Shown: piece after piece, positions 17,106 to 26,480 of the stretch
Layout of the letters: each line of letters starts with the position of its first letter
Position numbering within the stretch: the first letter of the stretch is position 1
Origin: Candidatus Fermentithermobacillaceae bacterium
GTDB lineage: Bacteria > Bacillota > Sulfobacillia > Fermentithermobacillales > DUSS01
Direction of reading: 5' to 3'
DNA: 64,000 nucleotides
NCBI GenBank assembly: GCA_012842495.1
Contig: DUSS01000045.1
Span: forward strand, 70,634 to 134,633
The notes under the pieces: model-generated
The model's input: the letters and a program-made list of their open reading frames with translations, nothing else
Database searches by the model: none
Told to the model about the DNA's origin: nothing
Program-made: the position numbers and the translations under genes

Positions 17106-17178
17106 GGAGCCGGGGATGGAACTCACCGGGAGACCGTGAAAGGAAATCCCGTTGAAATCCCCGGCTCCTTCAGTTTTT
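17106..17178 (+). terminator. Extended hairpin plus U-tract (intrinsic terminator or riboswitch expression platform)
   Basis: Outer stem GGAGCCGGGGAT (17106-17117)/ATCCCCGGCTCC (17157-17168). Inner stem CGGGA/TCCCG. Followed by TTCAGTTTTT. Confidence 0.6.
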
Positions 17179-17340
17179 GATAGAAGGCAGTGCGGGAAAT
17201 GCCCGCGGAGAGTCCCTAGGCAGCCACAACTCTCCTATAGCAACAAATACCGAATGCATCCCTCAATAAGAACACAAGAAGGAAAAGTCTTTCTTCCGTA
17301 GAAGTAAACTCCCAGACTTTCCACTGGGAGGGGTTTACAA

Positions 17341-18465
17341 ATGTCAACCCAATCGGTCAAGGTGTTGTCCGTACTTGTCCTCATTGTGCTTCTCCTGGGT
17401 CTCGGGGGATGCGGGGGGAAAGAGGCAGTGGCAACGGATTTCAAGATCGGTGTGGTTACAGGGACGGTCTCTCAAGGGGAGGACGAGTACCGCGCAGCCG
17501 AAAAAGTTAAGGCGAAGTATGGTGACAGGATCATCCACGTGACCTATCCCGACAACTTCATGCAGGAGCAGGAAACCACCATCGCGCAGATAACGGGTCT
17601 TGCCTCGGATAAATCGGTGAAGGCCATAGTGATCTGCCAGGCCGTTCCCGGCACAGCGGCAGCGATTGACAAGATACGCAATACCCGGCAGGATATAATC
17701 ATCCTCGTAGCGGTCCCTCACGAAGACCCGAAGATTATTGCGGAAAAAGCTGACCTCGCGTTTGAAACGGACAACCTGGAACGCGGCCGCACCATTGTAA
17801 GACTGGCCAAGGACATGGGGGCCAAGAAGTTCCTTCACTACTCCTTCCCGCGGCACATGTCCATGGAACTCTTGGCTCAACGCAGGGACATAATGAAGGA
17901 AGAATGCGAGAAGCTCGGTATGGAGTTCGTCTTCGTCACGGCGCCGGACCCGATGGGACCCGAAGGGATTCCAGGAGCTCAGAAGTTCATATTGGAGGAC
18001 GTGCCCAGGCAGGTGGCAGCTCACGGTAAGGATATCGCCGTTTTCTCCACCAACTGCGCGATGCAGGAGCCTCTAATCAAAGCTGCTCTTGAGGCGGGCG
18101 CCATTTTCCCCGAGCAGTGTTGTCCCAGCCCGACCCACGGATATCCCGGGGCTCTCGAGATCGATGTTTCCGGAATGGCGGGGGACATGAAGGCCATCCT
18201 CGCAGCTATCGAAGAGAAGATAGTGGCCAAGGGGGGCGCCGGCAGATTTGCTACCTGGCCGGTTCCCATCAACATGGTGTTTATTGAGACCGCTGTCGAG
18301 CTCGCCTTAAAAGCGGTAGATGGGAAGGTCAAACTCGACGACATGGAAGCTGTCAAGGCAGCTATGAAGGAAGTCGCTGGCGTTGATATTCAGATGAAGA
18401 GGTACGAAGAAGGCAAGAACATGTACCTCGTGGTATCCGGGTCGTACATCTTCGGAAAGAAGTAA
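17341..18465 (+). CDS. DUF3798-type periplasmic-binding-protein-like lipoprotein (ABC substrate-binding component)
   Basis: Signal peptide with lipobox LGGCGG. FKIGVVTGTVSQGEDEYRAAEKVKAKYGDRIIHVTYPDNF is typical of DUF3798. GGGAGGGG SD. Confidence 0.72.
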   Translation: MSTQSVKVLSVLVLIVLLLGLGGCGGKEAVATDFKIGVVTGTVSQGEDEYRAAEKVKAKYGDRIIHVTYPDNFMQEQETTIAQITGLASDKSVKAIVICQAVPGTAAAIDKIRNTRQDIIILVAVPHEDPKIIAEKADLAFETDNLERGRTIVRLAKDMGAKKFLHYSFPRHMSMELLAQRRDIMKEECEKLGMEFVFVTAPDPMGPEGIPGAQKFILEDVPRQVAAHGKDIAVFSTNCAMQEPLIKAALEAGAIFPEQCCPSPTHGYPGALEIDVSGMAGDMKAILAAIEEKIVAKGGAGRFATWPVPINMVFIETAVELALKAVDGKVKLDDMEAVKAAMKEVAGVDIQMKRYEEGKNMYLVVSGSYIFGKK

Positions 18466-18556
18466 CCTTGTTCTGAGGGATCGAACCGGGCGGGTAGGCC
18501 ACCCGCCCGGTTCAGTGTGCTTTGGTGCGTTGGGATGGAAAGGAGATGGATATCTT

Positions 18557-20176
18557 TTGCCATCGGTTCCGGTGGTACTCAAAATGATAGGGATTACCAA
18601 GGAGTTTTACGGTAACCCCGTCCTCAAGAACGTGAACCTCGATGTAAAGCAAGGGGAGATTCACGGGCTTGTAGGAGAAAACGGTGCTGGGAAGACCACT
18701 CTGATGAACATCCTGTTCGGTATGCCAGTGATTCAAGAGACAGGTGGTTTTTCCGGTCGAATCGTATTTGACGGCAAGGAGTTTCTGCCTCGAGAACCCC
18801 GGCAGGCGATGGCGGCCGGCATCGGTATGGTTCACCAGGAGTTCATGCTCATCCCCGGGTTCTCGGTCACCGAGAACATAAAACTGAACCGGGAGATCAC
18901 CAAAGAAAACTTCCTGAGCAGGATGTTTTCCAGGAAACTCGAGACCCTCGATATGACCACGATGGCGGCTCATTCCAGAAAGGCCATCGATGCGCTGGCC
19001 TTCGAAGGGATCGACGAGTGGGCCCCCGTTGCGGGGATGCCCGTAGGCCACAAACAGTTTGTGGAGATCGCCCGGGAAATCGACAAAGAAAACGTAAAAC
19101 TTCTTGTGTTCGATGAGCCGACCGCCGTTTTAACCGAGTCCGAGGCGGCCATCTTGCTCGACGCTCTAAAACGGCTAGCTCGCCGCGGAATCGGCATCCT
19201 CTTCATCAGCCACCGGCTAGACGAAGTGCTCGCCATCTGCGACAGGGTCACCGTCCTGAGGGATGGCGAAATCGTGGCGGAGAAGAAGGCTGGGGAGACT
19301 ACGGTAATCGAGCTGGCCGAACGGATGGTAGGGCGGAAGGTGGGCGGGCTTCGGGTCCCGGACCGGGTGAAGCTTCCGGAAACAGGCGAAGACGTTCTGG
19401 TTGTAGAGGATCTGGCGGTGAACATGCCCGGAGAAAGAGTAAGAGGGGTAAGTTTTACCGTAAAACGCGGGGAGATCCTGGGTATCGGGGGGCTTGCCGG
19501 CCACGGCAAGCTCGGGATAGCCAACGGAATCATGGGCCTTCAGCCCGCGTCCGGTTCGGTAAGGTTCCTGGGAAGGGAAATTTCCCTGAACGATCCCGTG
19601 TCGGCATTGAGAGCTGGGCTTGCCTTCGTGTCAGAAGATCGTCGCAACATAGGTCTTCTCCTGGATGAAGCGCTCGAGGACAACCTCGCGCTCACGGCCA
19701 TGCAGGTCCACGGGCGGTTTTTGCGCCGGGTCGGACCCTTTACGGTGAGGGATCCCGGGAGCATCCGGAGGTACGCCCTTGAAACCATAAAGGAGTTCGA
19801 CATCAGAACCACCGGCCCCAGACAGATCGTGCGGCGCTTAAGCGGAGGGAACCAGCAAAAAGTATGCATCGCCAGGGCCATCTCCCTGGAACCCAAGCTC
19901 TTGCTGGTATCGGAGCCGACGAGGGGCATCGATGTAGGGGCCAAGCAAAAGGTCCTTGAGATTCTGCACCGCCTCAACCGGGAAAAGGGTCTGACCATCA
20001 TCATGACTTCTTCAGAACTCGTCGAACTCAGGCGCATCTGTCACAGGATAATCATCATGTACGGCGGCATAATCGCCGGTATCCTTCCTCCTGATGCGTC
20101 TGACGCCGAGTTTGGTCTCACCATGTCAGGGGAGAGGAGCGCGGAAAGGAGCGGGGAGCATGAGACGACTCGTTGA
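18557..20176 (+). CDS. ABC transporter ATP-binding protein, duplicated cassette (CUT2/sugar-nucleoside type)
   Basis: GENGAGKTT, FDEPTAVL, second cassette GLAGHGK, LSGGNQQK, VSEPTRGIDVGA. TTG 18557 follows AAGGAG by 10 nt. Track start is 18515. Confidence 0.88.
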   Translation: MPSVPVVLKMIGITKEFYGNPVLKNVNLDVKQGEIHGLVGENGAGKTTLMNILFGMPVIQETGGFSGRIVFDGKEFLPREPRQAMAAGIGMVHQEFMLIPGFSVTENIKLNREITKENFLSRMFSRKLETLDMTTMAAHSRKAIDALAFEGIDEWAPVAGMPVGHKQFVEIAREIDKENVKLLVFDEPTAVLTESEAAILLDALKRLARRGIGILFISHRLDEVLAICDRVTVLRDGEIVAEKKAGETTVIELAERMVGRKVGGLRVPDRVKLPETGEDVLVVEDLAVNMPGERVRGVSFTVKRGEILGIGGLAGHGKLGIANGIMGLQPASGSVRFLGREISLNDPVSALRAGLAFVSEDRRNIGLLLDEALEDNLALTAMQVHGRFLRRVGPFTVRDPGSIRRYALETIKEFDIRTTGPRQIVRRLSGGNQQKVCIARAISLEPKLLLVSEPTRGIDVGAKQKVLEILHRLNREKGLTIIMTSSELVELRRICHRIIIMYGGIIAGILPPDASDAEFGLTMSGERSAERSGEHETTR

Positions 20177-21182
20177 AAGGGTGGGTGTTCCCAGGCTGCT
20201 GGTGGGACTTTTCCTGCTCATACTGTTTGCCTTGGCGGGATTGCAGCGACTGCCCGTGAAGATGCTTATCTCCAGCGCCCTGGTGAGGATAGGAATGAAC
20301 GGCGTGTTAGTCCTGGCGATGTTGCCGAGCATAAGAGCGGGTCTTGGGTTGAACTTCGGGCTGCCTCTGGGTGTGATCTCAGGCATCGTGGGAATGCTTG
20401 TCAGCCTTGAACTTCGCCTTAGCGGACTGGCCGGTTTCTTCTTTGCGCTGCTCGTCGGGGTTCTTCTGTCTCTACCCGCAGGGTACGTATACGGCCTCCT
20501 CCTAAACCGGGTAAAAGGGGAGGAGATGATGGTCGGGACCTACATGGGGTTTTCCCTGGTCGCGGGCATGTGTATGTTCTGGTTACTCGCTCCGTTCAAA
20601 AACCCGGAGATGATATGGGTGGTCGGTGGTAAGGGCCTGCGCGTGACTATTCCCATAAGCCACCGCTTTGGAGGTGTTCTGGATAACCTCGGGAAGTTCA
20701 GCATCGGAGGAGTTGAAGTGCCCGCAGGGCTTCTTTTGTTTTTCGCTTTTCTATGCGTTCTGGTCTACCTGTTTTCCTTCACCAGGACGGGGATGGCCAT
20801 GAAGGCCGCCGGCATGAACCCGGCTTTTGCCCGCGCTTCCGGTGTGAACGTCGAAAAGATGAGGATACTCGGGGCGACGCTGTCAACCGTTCTGGGGGCG
20901 GTGGGCATCGCAGTTTACGCTCAAAGTCTCGGATTCGTTCAGCTCTATCTAGCTCCGCTGATGATGGCGTTCCCCGCGGTAGCGGCTGTCCTCCTGGGCG
21001 GGGCTAGCACCAGCCGGGCGACGGTGTTCAACGCGGTGGCCGGAGTAACCTTGTTTCAAACTCTCCTTACGATTTCCCTGCCGGTTACTCAGAGCGTCAT
21101 CGGGGGCGACATATCCGAAGTCGCCAAACTCATCATCTCCAACGGCATGATCCTGTACGCTCTTACGCGCAAGGAGGCATAG
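20160..21182 (+). CDS. ABC transporter permease (BPD_transp_2 type) 1
   Basis: Polytopic hydrophobic protein. ATG 20160 follows GGAGCGGGGAGC and overlaps the ATPase stop by 17 nt. Track start is 20094. Confidence 0.8.
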   Translation: MRRLVERVGVPRLLVGLFLLILFALAGLQRLPVKMLISSALVRIGMNGVLVLAMLPSIRAGLGLNFGLPLGVISGIVGMLVSLELRLSGLAGFFFALLVGVLLSLPAGYVYGLLLNRVKGEEMMVGTYMGFSLVAGMCMFWLLAPFKNPEMIWVVGGKGLRVTIPISHRFGGVLDNLGKFSIGGVEVPAGLLLFFAFLCVLVYLFSFTRTGMAMKAAGMNPAFARASGVNVEKMRILGATLSTVLGAVGIAVYAQSLGFVQLYLAPLMMAFPAVAAVLLGGASTSRATVFNAVAGVTLFQTLLTISLPVTQSVIGGDISEVAKLIISNGMILYALTRKEA

Positions 21183-21184
21183 CG

Positions 21185-22294
21185 ATGAAGGTCTGGCGCA
21201 AGATTCGAGAATCGTTGACAAGCAGTCCTATACCCCTGGTTTTCGGGATCCTTTGCCTCTTCGGCGTTGTCGTGAGTGGTAAGAGCTGGAGCTTCCTGTT
21301 GCAAGAGGTGGTGACGAGACTAGCCCGAAACTGGATACTGGTTCTATCTCTGCTGGTACCCGTTTCCGCGGGCCTCGGTCTCAACTTCAGCATGGTGCTA
21401 GGCGCGATGGCAGCCCAAACGGGAATCATCGTGATGACACACTTGAAAGTCCCGGGTATTCTGGGGTTTCTTGGAGCATTTATCGTGTCGTTCCCCATCG
21501 CCGTTGTCCTGGGTTTTGTCGCGGGGAACATCATGAACAAGGCGAAGGGTCGAGAGATGATCGCCGGGATGATGTTAGGGTTCTTCATGAACGGGGTGTA
21601 CCAGCTGGTCTTCCTGTTCATGGTGGGAACGGTGATCCCCATGAAAAACCCAGATCTCATGCTACCGCAAGGTTTTGGTCTGCGAAATACAGTGGAGCTT
21701 AAGTACATGAAATACGCGTTGGATAACTTACTGAACGTATCCCTTTCGGGACTGGTGATCCCGCTGGCTACTTTCGCCCTCATCGGTCTGGTTTGCCTGG
21801 GCCTCAACCGCCTCTACAAAACCAAGCTGGGTCAGGACTTCAGAGCGGTGGGCCAGGATATGCACGTCGCCTCGGTCGCCGGGATCGATGTGAACAAAAC
21901 GAGGCTTTTAGCCGTGGTAATCGCGACGGTTCTGGCTTCCTTGGGGCAACTTGTCTTCTTGCAGAACATAGGCACTCTCAACACATATAACAGCCATGAG
22001 CAAGTGGCGACATTCGCCATAGCATCGCTTCTTCTGGGTGGGGCTACAGTTACTAGGGCCACAGTGGGTCAGGCACTCGCCGGCACGTTCTTGTTTCATC
22101 TCCTGTTCATCGTTTCCCCTTACGCTGGACAGAGCCTCATGGGAAGTCCGCAGGTGGGTGAGTATTTTAGAGTATTTGTGGCGTACGGAATAATCGCGGC
22201 CGCCCTCGTTGTGCACGCATGGGAAGCTCACCGGCGGGCTTTGTCGGCGGCAAAGCGAGGTCTGCCCGAGGGGGAAACTGACCGGGCCGGGTAG
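21185..22294 (+). CDS. ABC transporter permease (BPD_transp_2 type) 2
   Basis: Polytopic. Starts 3 nt after the upstream stop. The C-terminal GGATVTRATVGQALAGT block parallels GGASTSRATVFNAVAGV in permease 1. Confidence 0.8.
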   Translation: MKVWRKIRESLTSSPIPLVFGILCLFGVVVSGKSWSFLLQEVVTRLARNWILVLSLLVPVSAGLGLNFSMVLGAMAAQTGIIVMTHLKVPGILGFLGAFIVSFPIAVVLGFVAGNIMNKAKGREMIAGMMLGFFMNGVYQLVFLFMVGTVIPMKNPDLMLPQGFGLRNTVELKYMKYALDNLLNVSLSGLVIPLATFALIGLVCLGLNRLYKTKLGQDFRAVGQDMHVASVAGIDVNKTRLLAVVIATVLASLGQLVFLQNIGTLNTYNSHEQVATFAIASLLLGGATVTRATVGQALAGTFLFHLLFIVSPYAGQSLMGSPQVGEYFRVFVAYGIIAAALVVHAWEAHRRALSAAKRGLPEGETDRAG

Positions 22295-22301
22295 CACGAC
22301 T

Positions 22302-23375
22302 TTATCCGGGCGTTCTGGAGGCCGGCGGGTAGCAGGCCCTGTTCTTGCCCTCCCTCTTGGCTCTCGAGTTAGCTTCCTCCACTTTGCGCATGAGCTCTTC
22401 TTCGTTGTCTGCATCCTCCGGAAACGAAGCCACCCCTACGGAGATCGTGACTGGGTAAACCCACTGGGTGGTCGCCTTGGCCACGCTCTCACACAGTTTT
22501 TGGGCTCGCCTGAAAGCTTCAGCCCTCCTTACGCCGGGAAGCACTATCATGAACTCGTCGCCGGAAAGCCAACGAGCCACCGTTTCACCGGGGAGCGTTT
22601 CTCCGGCAAGGATCGACCCGAGTTTCCTGATGAGCTCGTGTCCAGCCTGGTAGCCAAGGTTTTCGTTGTAAACGCGAAGGTGGTCGCCATCGACGAGTAG
22701 AAGGCTCAGAGGCCGGTTTTCCGGGGTCTGGCACCGCAGGGCACGGCGGATGGCATGCTCGGCGGCCCGGTGGTTGGGGAGTCCGGAGATGTCGTCAGTA
22801 TAGGCGAGTTCCAGGGCTTCTCGCAGGAGATCGATGGTCTCACGGATTCTTCTGGACAAGGTCTTGGTAGCTCTGTGGGGAGAGTAGGAGCTGTCGGGCT
22901 GGAGCCGGTAGGCAGCGACATCCAAAACTTCGATGACGTCCTTAACGTCCGAAGGATAGTTGAGCCTGAATGTCCAAGCCGAGATGCCGTCGGTGAGTTG
23001 GATGGGGTCTGCGACGGTGTGCTTCGGGTATTCGGGAGTAGGAGGAGAGTTCGGACGAAGAGGAGAGGACGGTATCACCGCTACGAATTCATCCCCTCCG
23101 ATGCGATAGACCTGTCCCTCCGGGCTTGCCCGGTACGTAATGTCCTTAAGGTGGGAAGCTACTCTTCGGACGACTTCGTCTCCTTTGGATTCGCCGCAAG
23201 CTAAATTCACCTCACCGAGACCTTTTACATCGACGACCATGATGGTCCCGGTCGTCCTTTCCATTAGCTCTGGAACCTCGAGGAGGAAAGCGAAGACGTT
23301 GGGGAGTCCAGTTAAAGGGTCTTCTTCCACGGAGGGCCTGGTAGAAGAGGAAATGCGAGGCGCACCTCCCATCAT
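22302..23375 (-). CDS. Tandem GGDEF-domain protein (putative diguanylate cyclase), no sensor domain
   Basis: Domain 1: LTGLPN...RIGGDEFVAVIP. Domain 2: ISGLPNHR...WLSGDEFMIVLPG...SVGVASFPEDA. Confidence 0.82.
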   Translation of the reverse strand: MMGGAPRISSSTRPSVEEDPLTGLPNVFAFLLEVPELMERTTGTIMVVDVKGLGEVNLACGESKGDEVVRRVASHLKDITYRASPEGQVYRIGGDEFVAVIPSSPLRPNSPPTPEYPKHTVADPIQLTDGISAWTFRLNYPSDVKDVIEVLDVAAYRLQPDSSYSPHRATKTLSRRIRETIDLLREALELAYTDDISGLPNHRAAEHAIRRALRCQTPENRPLSLLLVDGDHLRVYNENLGYQAGHELIRKLGSILAGETLPGETVARWLSGDEFMIVLPGVRRAEAFRRAQKLCESVAKATTQWVYPVTISVGVASFPEDADNEEELMRKVEEANSRAKREGKNRACYPPASRTPG

Positions 23376-23535
23376 TCATCACCCATGTATATGAATCGAT
23401 AAGGGTTTCACCGCGGTTTAGCTTTCGAGCCGGGTTTTCACCTGAAGGAGCGGCTTCGATCCTTGGTGAATACCAAAGAGTACGTGGACTGGTCCCGGGC
23501 ATCTGGCGGGGGTGGTTTAACTGGCGGGTGTTCAT

Positions 23536-24315
23536 TTGGCGTCCATATCAAGTTCGAGCGTACACGGTAACGCGTACATAGTGTGGGACGACTCATCCGG
23601 ACCGGTTCTCTTCGACTGCGGGACGCCCCTGACTAAGCTTTTGCGGGGGCTCGAGGCCCTGGGTTTCTCGCCGGGAGATATCCGCGCTGTGTTCATAAGC
23701 CATGAACACACCGATCATATACAGGCACTTTGCCTGAAGCGACCGTTTCCCGAGCGTTTCTCGATCCCGGTGTACGCGTCACCGCTTTTTTGGAGGTGGT
23801 ATTTCGGGTGCGGGTACAGTCTCGACCGGGACCTCGTGCGTACCATACAAGATGGGGAGCGGGTAAAGGCAGGCGGCTTCGTGATCGGGGCTTTTTGGAA
23901 GCCGCATGACTCGGTGGACCCGTTGAGTTTCTTGGTTGAAGGAAAGGACGGAAGAGCAGCTCTCCTTACAGACCTCGGGCACGTCCCGACCCGGATAATC
24001 TCGCTCTTGCGCGGGGTAGAATATCTGGTCCTCGAATCCAATCACGACGTGGAGATGGAGAGATCCTCGGGGAGGCCGTATGCTCTGGTCGCGCGGGTCC
24101 TTGGCGACTATGGTCACCTTTCCAACGTCCAGGCCGGCGCAGCCCTGTCGCGGATAGCAACGAAGAACACACGCAAAGTCATCCTGGCTCATCTCAGCGT
24201 AGACTGCAACACGCCGGAAATGGCCATCCGGTCGTGCAGCGACGCCTTGGACGGATGTGGGTTTGCAGGGGAGCTGAGAGTAGCTCCCGCTAGAGAGCCG
24301 GCGATATATTGTTGA
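23536..24315 (+). CDS. MBL-fold metallo-hydrolase (YycJ/WalJ-like)
   Basis: ISHEHTDH metal motif, VLFDCG, LESNHD, GHLSN. TTG start. Confidence 0.8.
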   Translation: MASISSSSVHGNAYIVWDDSSGPVLFDCGTPLTKLLRGLEALGFSPGDIRAVFISHEHTDHIQALCLKRPFPERFSIPVYASPLFWRWYFGCGYSLDRDLVRTIQDGERVKAGGFVIGAFWKPHDSVDPLSFLVEGKDGRAALLTDLGHVPTRIISLLRGVEYLVLESNHDVEMERSSGRPYALVARVLGDYGHLSNVQAGAALSRIATKNTRKVILAHLSVDCNTPEMAIRSCSDALDGCGFAGELRVAPAREPAIYC

Positions 24316-24395
24316 CAGGAGAAAACCCCGTACCTAGAATTGCATTGATGGTCTTAAGGGGGTCGAAAAATCGCTTAAAGGGGGCTGGGAATGAA

Positions 24396-24767
24396 ATGGA
24401 AGGGCTGGGCCGTCACATTCTGGCTGAGGTCTACGGATGCGATTTTGACATCCTGAACGACCTCGATAGAATCCGGGAGATCTTGGTCAGTGCGGCTCTG
24501 TCCGCTGGAGCGGAAGTCAGGGAGAAAGCGTTTCACAGGTTTTCCCCTCAGGGTGTCAGCGGAGTGGTGGTGATTTCCGAGTCCCACATCGCCATACACA
24601 CGTGGCCCGAGTACGGGTACGCTGCCGTGGACGTTTTCACTTGCGGCGACCACGTTGACCCTTGGGTGGCGATGAACAAGATCTTTAAGGACTTCGGTGC
24701 CAAGTCGGTAACAGCTTCTGAGGTAAAGAGGGGTGTCTTCCAAAAGCCCCTTGCGTGCGCGGATTGA
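24396..24767 (+). CDS. speH: S-adenosylmethionine decarboxylase proenzyme (small, Bacillus/Thermotoga type)
   Basis: GRHILAEVYGC...VVVISESHIAIHTWPE (self-cleavage ES site)...DVFTCG. ATG 24396 has an AAAGGGGG SD. Track start is 24309. Confidence 0.9.
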   Translation: MEGLGRHILAEVYGCDFDILNDLDRIREILVSAALSAGAEVREKAFHRFSPQGVSGVVVISESHIAIHTWPEYGYAAVDVFTCGDHVDPWVAMNKIFKDFGAKSVTASEVKRGVFQKPLACAD

Positions 24768-24838
24768 GCAAGGAATCCGGGGAAAGGTGATGTCTTATTC
24801 TATCCCGTCAAACTTGCGACGGAACCAGGTTTCAGTAG

Positions 24839-24877
24839 AGCCCTGCGTCCGGAAGGTGGCCGCAGGGCTTTCATTTT
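24839..24877 (+). terminator. Intrinsic terminator after speH
   Basis: AGCCCTGCG...CGCAGGGCT stem followed by TTCATTTT. Confidence 0.7.
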
Positions 24878-24937
24878 GGCGCGAGACAATATAGCGAAGG
24901 GTATATGTAGCTCAAAAGATGACAGGAGGAGTGTTCC

Positions 24938-25390
24938 TTGGAGAGAACGCTGGTACTGGCAAAACCCGATGCGGTAGCGCGAGGGCTCGTCGGAGAAATC
25001 GTTTCGAGATTGGAACGAAAAGGACTGAAGCTCGTCGCCATGAAGATGGTTTGGATGGATAAGGAAATGGCCGGACGTCACTACGACGTTCACAGGGGAA
25101 AAGCTTTCTTCGAGGGACTCGTCGAGTACATAACGTCTCTTCCCATCGTAGCTATGGTGTGGGAGGGGCCCTCCGCTGTGTCCAGCGTGAGGGCGGTAAT
25201 GGGTGCCACGGATCCGGCCAAAGCGTCTCCCGGAACGATCAGGGGCGATTTGGCCCTGGATATCTCCAACAACCTCGTCCATGGCTCGGACTCGGTAGAT
25301 TCCGCCGCAAAGGAGATAGCTCTCTTCTTTAAGCCTTTCGAGATCTACGATTGGAAGCGGCCGGGAGAAGAGTTCATCCGAGGTAAGTAA
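24938..25390 (+). CDS. ndk: Nucleoside diphosphate kinase
   Basis: ERTLVLAKPDAV...GATDPAKASPGTIRGD...NLVHGSDS (active-site His). TTG start after GGAGGAG. Confidence 0.93.
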   Translation: MERTLVLAKPDAVARGLVGEIVSRLERKGLKLVAMKMVWMDKEMAGRHYDVHRGKAFFEGLVEYITSLPIVAMVWEGPSAVSSVRAVMGATDPAKASPGTIRGDLALDISNNLVHGSDSVDSAAKEIALFFKPFEIYDWKRPGEEFIRGK

Positions 25391-25511
25391 GCTCGACCAG
25401 GGGACGCGGGTACGGGGGCTTTGAAGACGCAGTTGAACGTGATTAGGGTGGGTTTGGTCAGCCACCGCGCGGCGCTTTTCAAGGCCTGGAGCGGGGAAGG
25501 AGGAACCCGGG

Positions 25512-26297
25512 ATGATACTCGTTGGTACGGCCGGGTTTAGCTATTCGGATTGGCGAGGGGTGTTTTATCCCGAGGGGATGCACGAAAGGGAGTTTCTAGC
25601 TTACTATTCCAGGGAGTTTCCCTTTGTAGAGCTGGACTTTACTTACTACACCCAACCCAGTCCCCGAACCCTCGCCGCTATGGCAAAGAAAGTCCCGGAT
25701 GGCTTCAAATTTTGTGTGAAGGCCCACAAAACCATGACTCACGAAATCGACGATGGTCAAGGGGTCAAGAAGGAGTTCGAGACCTTCCTCGAGGGAATTT
25801 CTCCACTGGTTCAATCGGGCCGGTTAGGATGTGTACTGGCGCAGTTCCCCTGGAGTTTTAAGCCATTCGCTGAGAACCGTGAGTATGTTGCTTCTTTAAA
25901 GGAGAGGCTTCGAGGGCTGCCTACGGTCGTAGAATTCAGAAACAGGGCGTGGGCTCAAGAGGATACCTTTGAATTACTGCGCCGCTCGGGCCTGGGATTC
26001 TGCTGCGTAGACGAACCGCGCCTTCCGTCGCTGTTTCCTCCGGTGGCCGTAGCTACCGGACCTATAGGCTACGTCCGTTTCCACGGTCGAAATGCAGAAA
26101 AGTGGTTCAAGCACGACAAAGCTTGGGAAAGGTACGACTACATGTACAGCGAGGAGGAACTGCTCGAGTGGATCCCCAAGCTGAGGGATATGGAAGCGAA
26201 GACCAAGGAAACGTACGTGGCGTACAACAACTGTCACCGGGGGCAGGCCGCCCTCAACGCCCGAATGCTTCAAGAGCTCCTGTTTAAGTCCGGATAA
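25512..26297 (+). CDS. DUF72 (YecE-like) family protein
   Basis: ILVGTAGFSYSDWRGVFYP...VELDFTYY...VVEFRNRAW...YVRFHG. Confidence 0.85.
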   Translation: MILVGTAGFSYSDWRGVFYPEGMHEREFLAYYSREFPFVELDFTYYTQPSPRTLAAMAKKVPDGFKFCVKAHKTMTHEIDDGQGVKKEFETFLEGISPLVQSGRLGCVLAQFPWSFKPFAENREYVASLKERLRGLPTVVEFRNRAWAQEDTFELLRRSGLGFCCVDEPRLPSLFPPVAVATGPIGYVRFHGRNAEKWFKHDKAWERYDYMYSEEELLEWIPKLRDMEAKTKETYVAYNNCHRGQAALNARMLQELLFKSG

Positions 26298-26405
26298 ACT
26301 GCTGTTCGAATGGGGCCACCGGCACCGGTACTCATCCAAACCACTTCGTTTCGTTGGAATGAGAGCCGGGTACGGTAACTGAACGCCGCGTGAGTTTTTC
26401 GTACG

Positions 26406-26434
26406 TTGGGTGCTAGACAGCTCTATGCTAGAAT
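26406..26434 (+). promoter_or_regulatory. SigmaA-type promoter for the MATE gene
   Basis: TTGGGT, 17 nt, TAGAAT. It coincides with the track's first start codon, so that start is unlikely. Confidence 0.45.
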
Positions 26435-26480
26435 TATTAGGCACCAGAAATATTCTATGCGGCAGGTACCGGGAGGAAAA

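Noticed and set aside
16990-17140. Calling the GC-rich element a cobalamin riboswitch
   Set aside because: Partial matches to the GGTGNAANTCC...CCCGC core and to the B12 box (9 of 12) are not enough. The GCCACTG element was not found, and the downstream transporter type is atypical for B12 control.
17344-18024. 226-aa minus-strand ORF antisense to the DUF3798 lipoprotein gene
   Set aside because: The opposite strand encodes a protein with a signal peptide, lipobox and family-typical sequence. The antisense translation is motif-free and Arg/His-rich.
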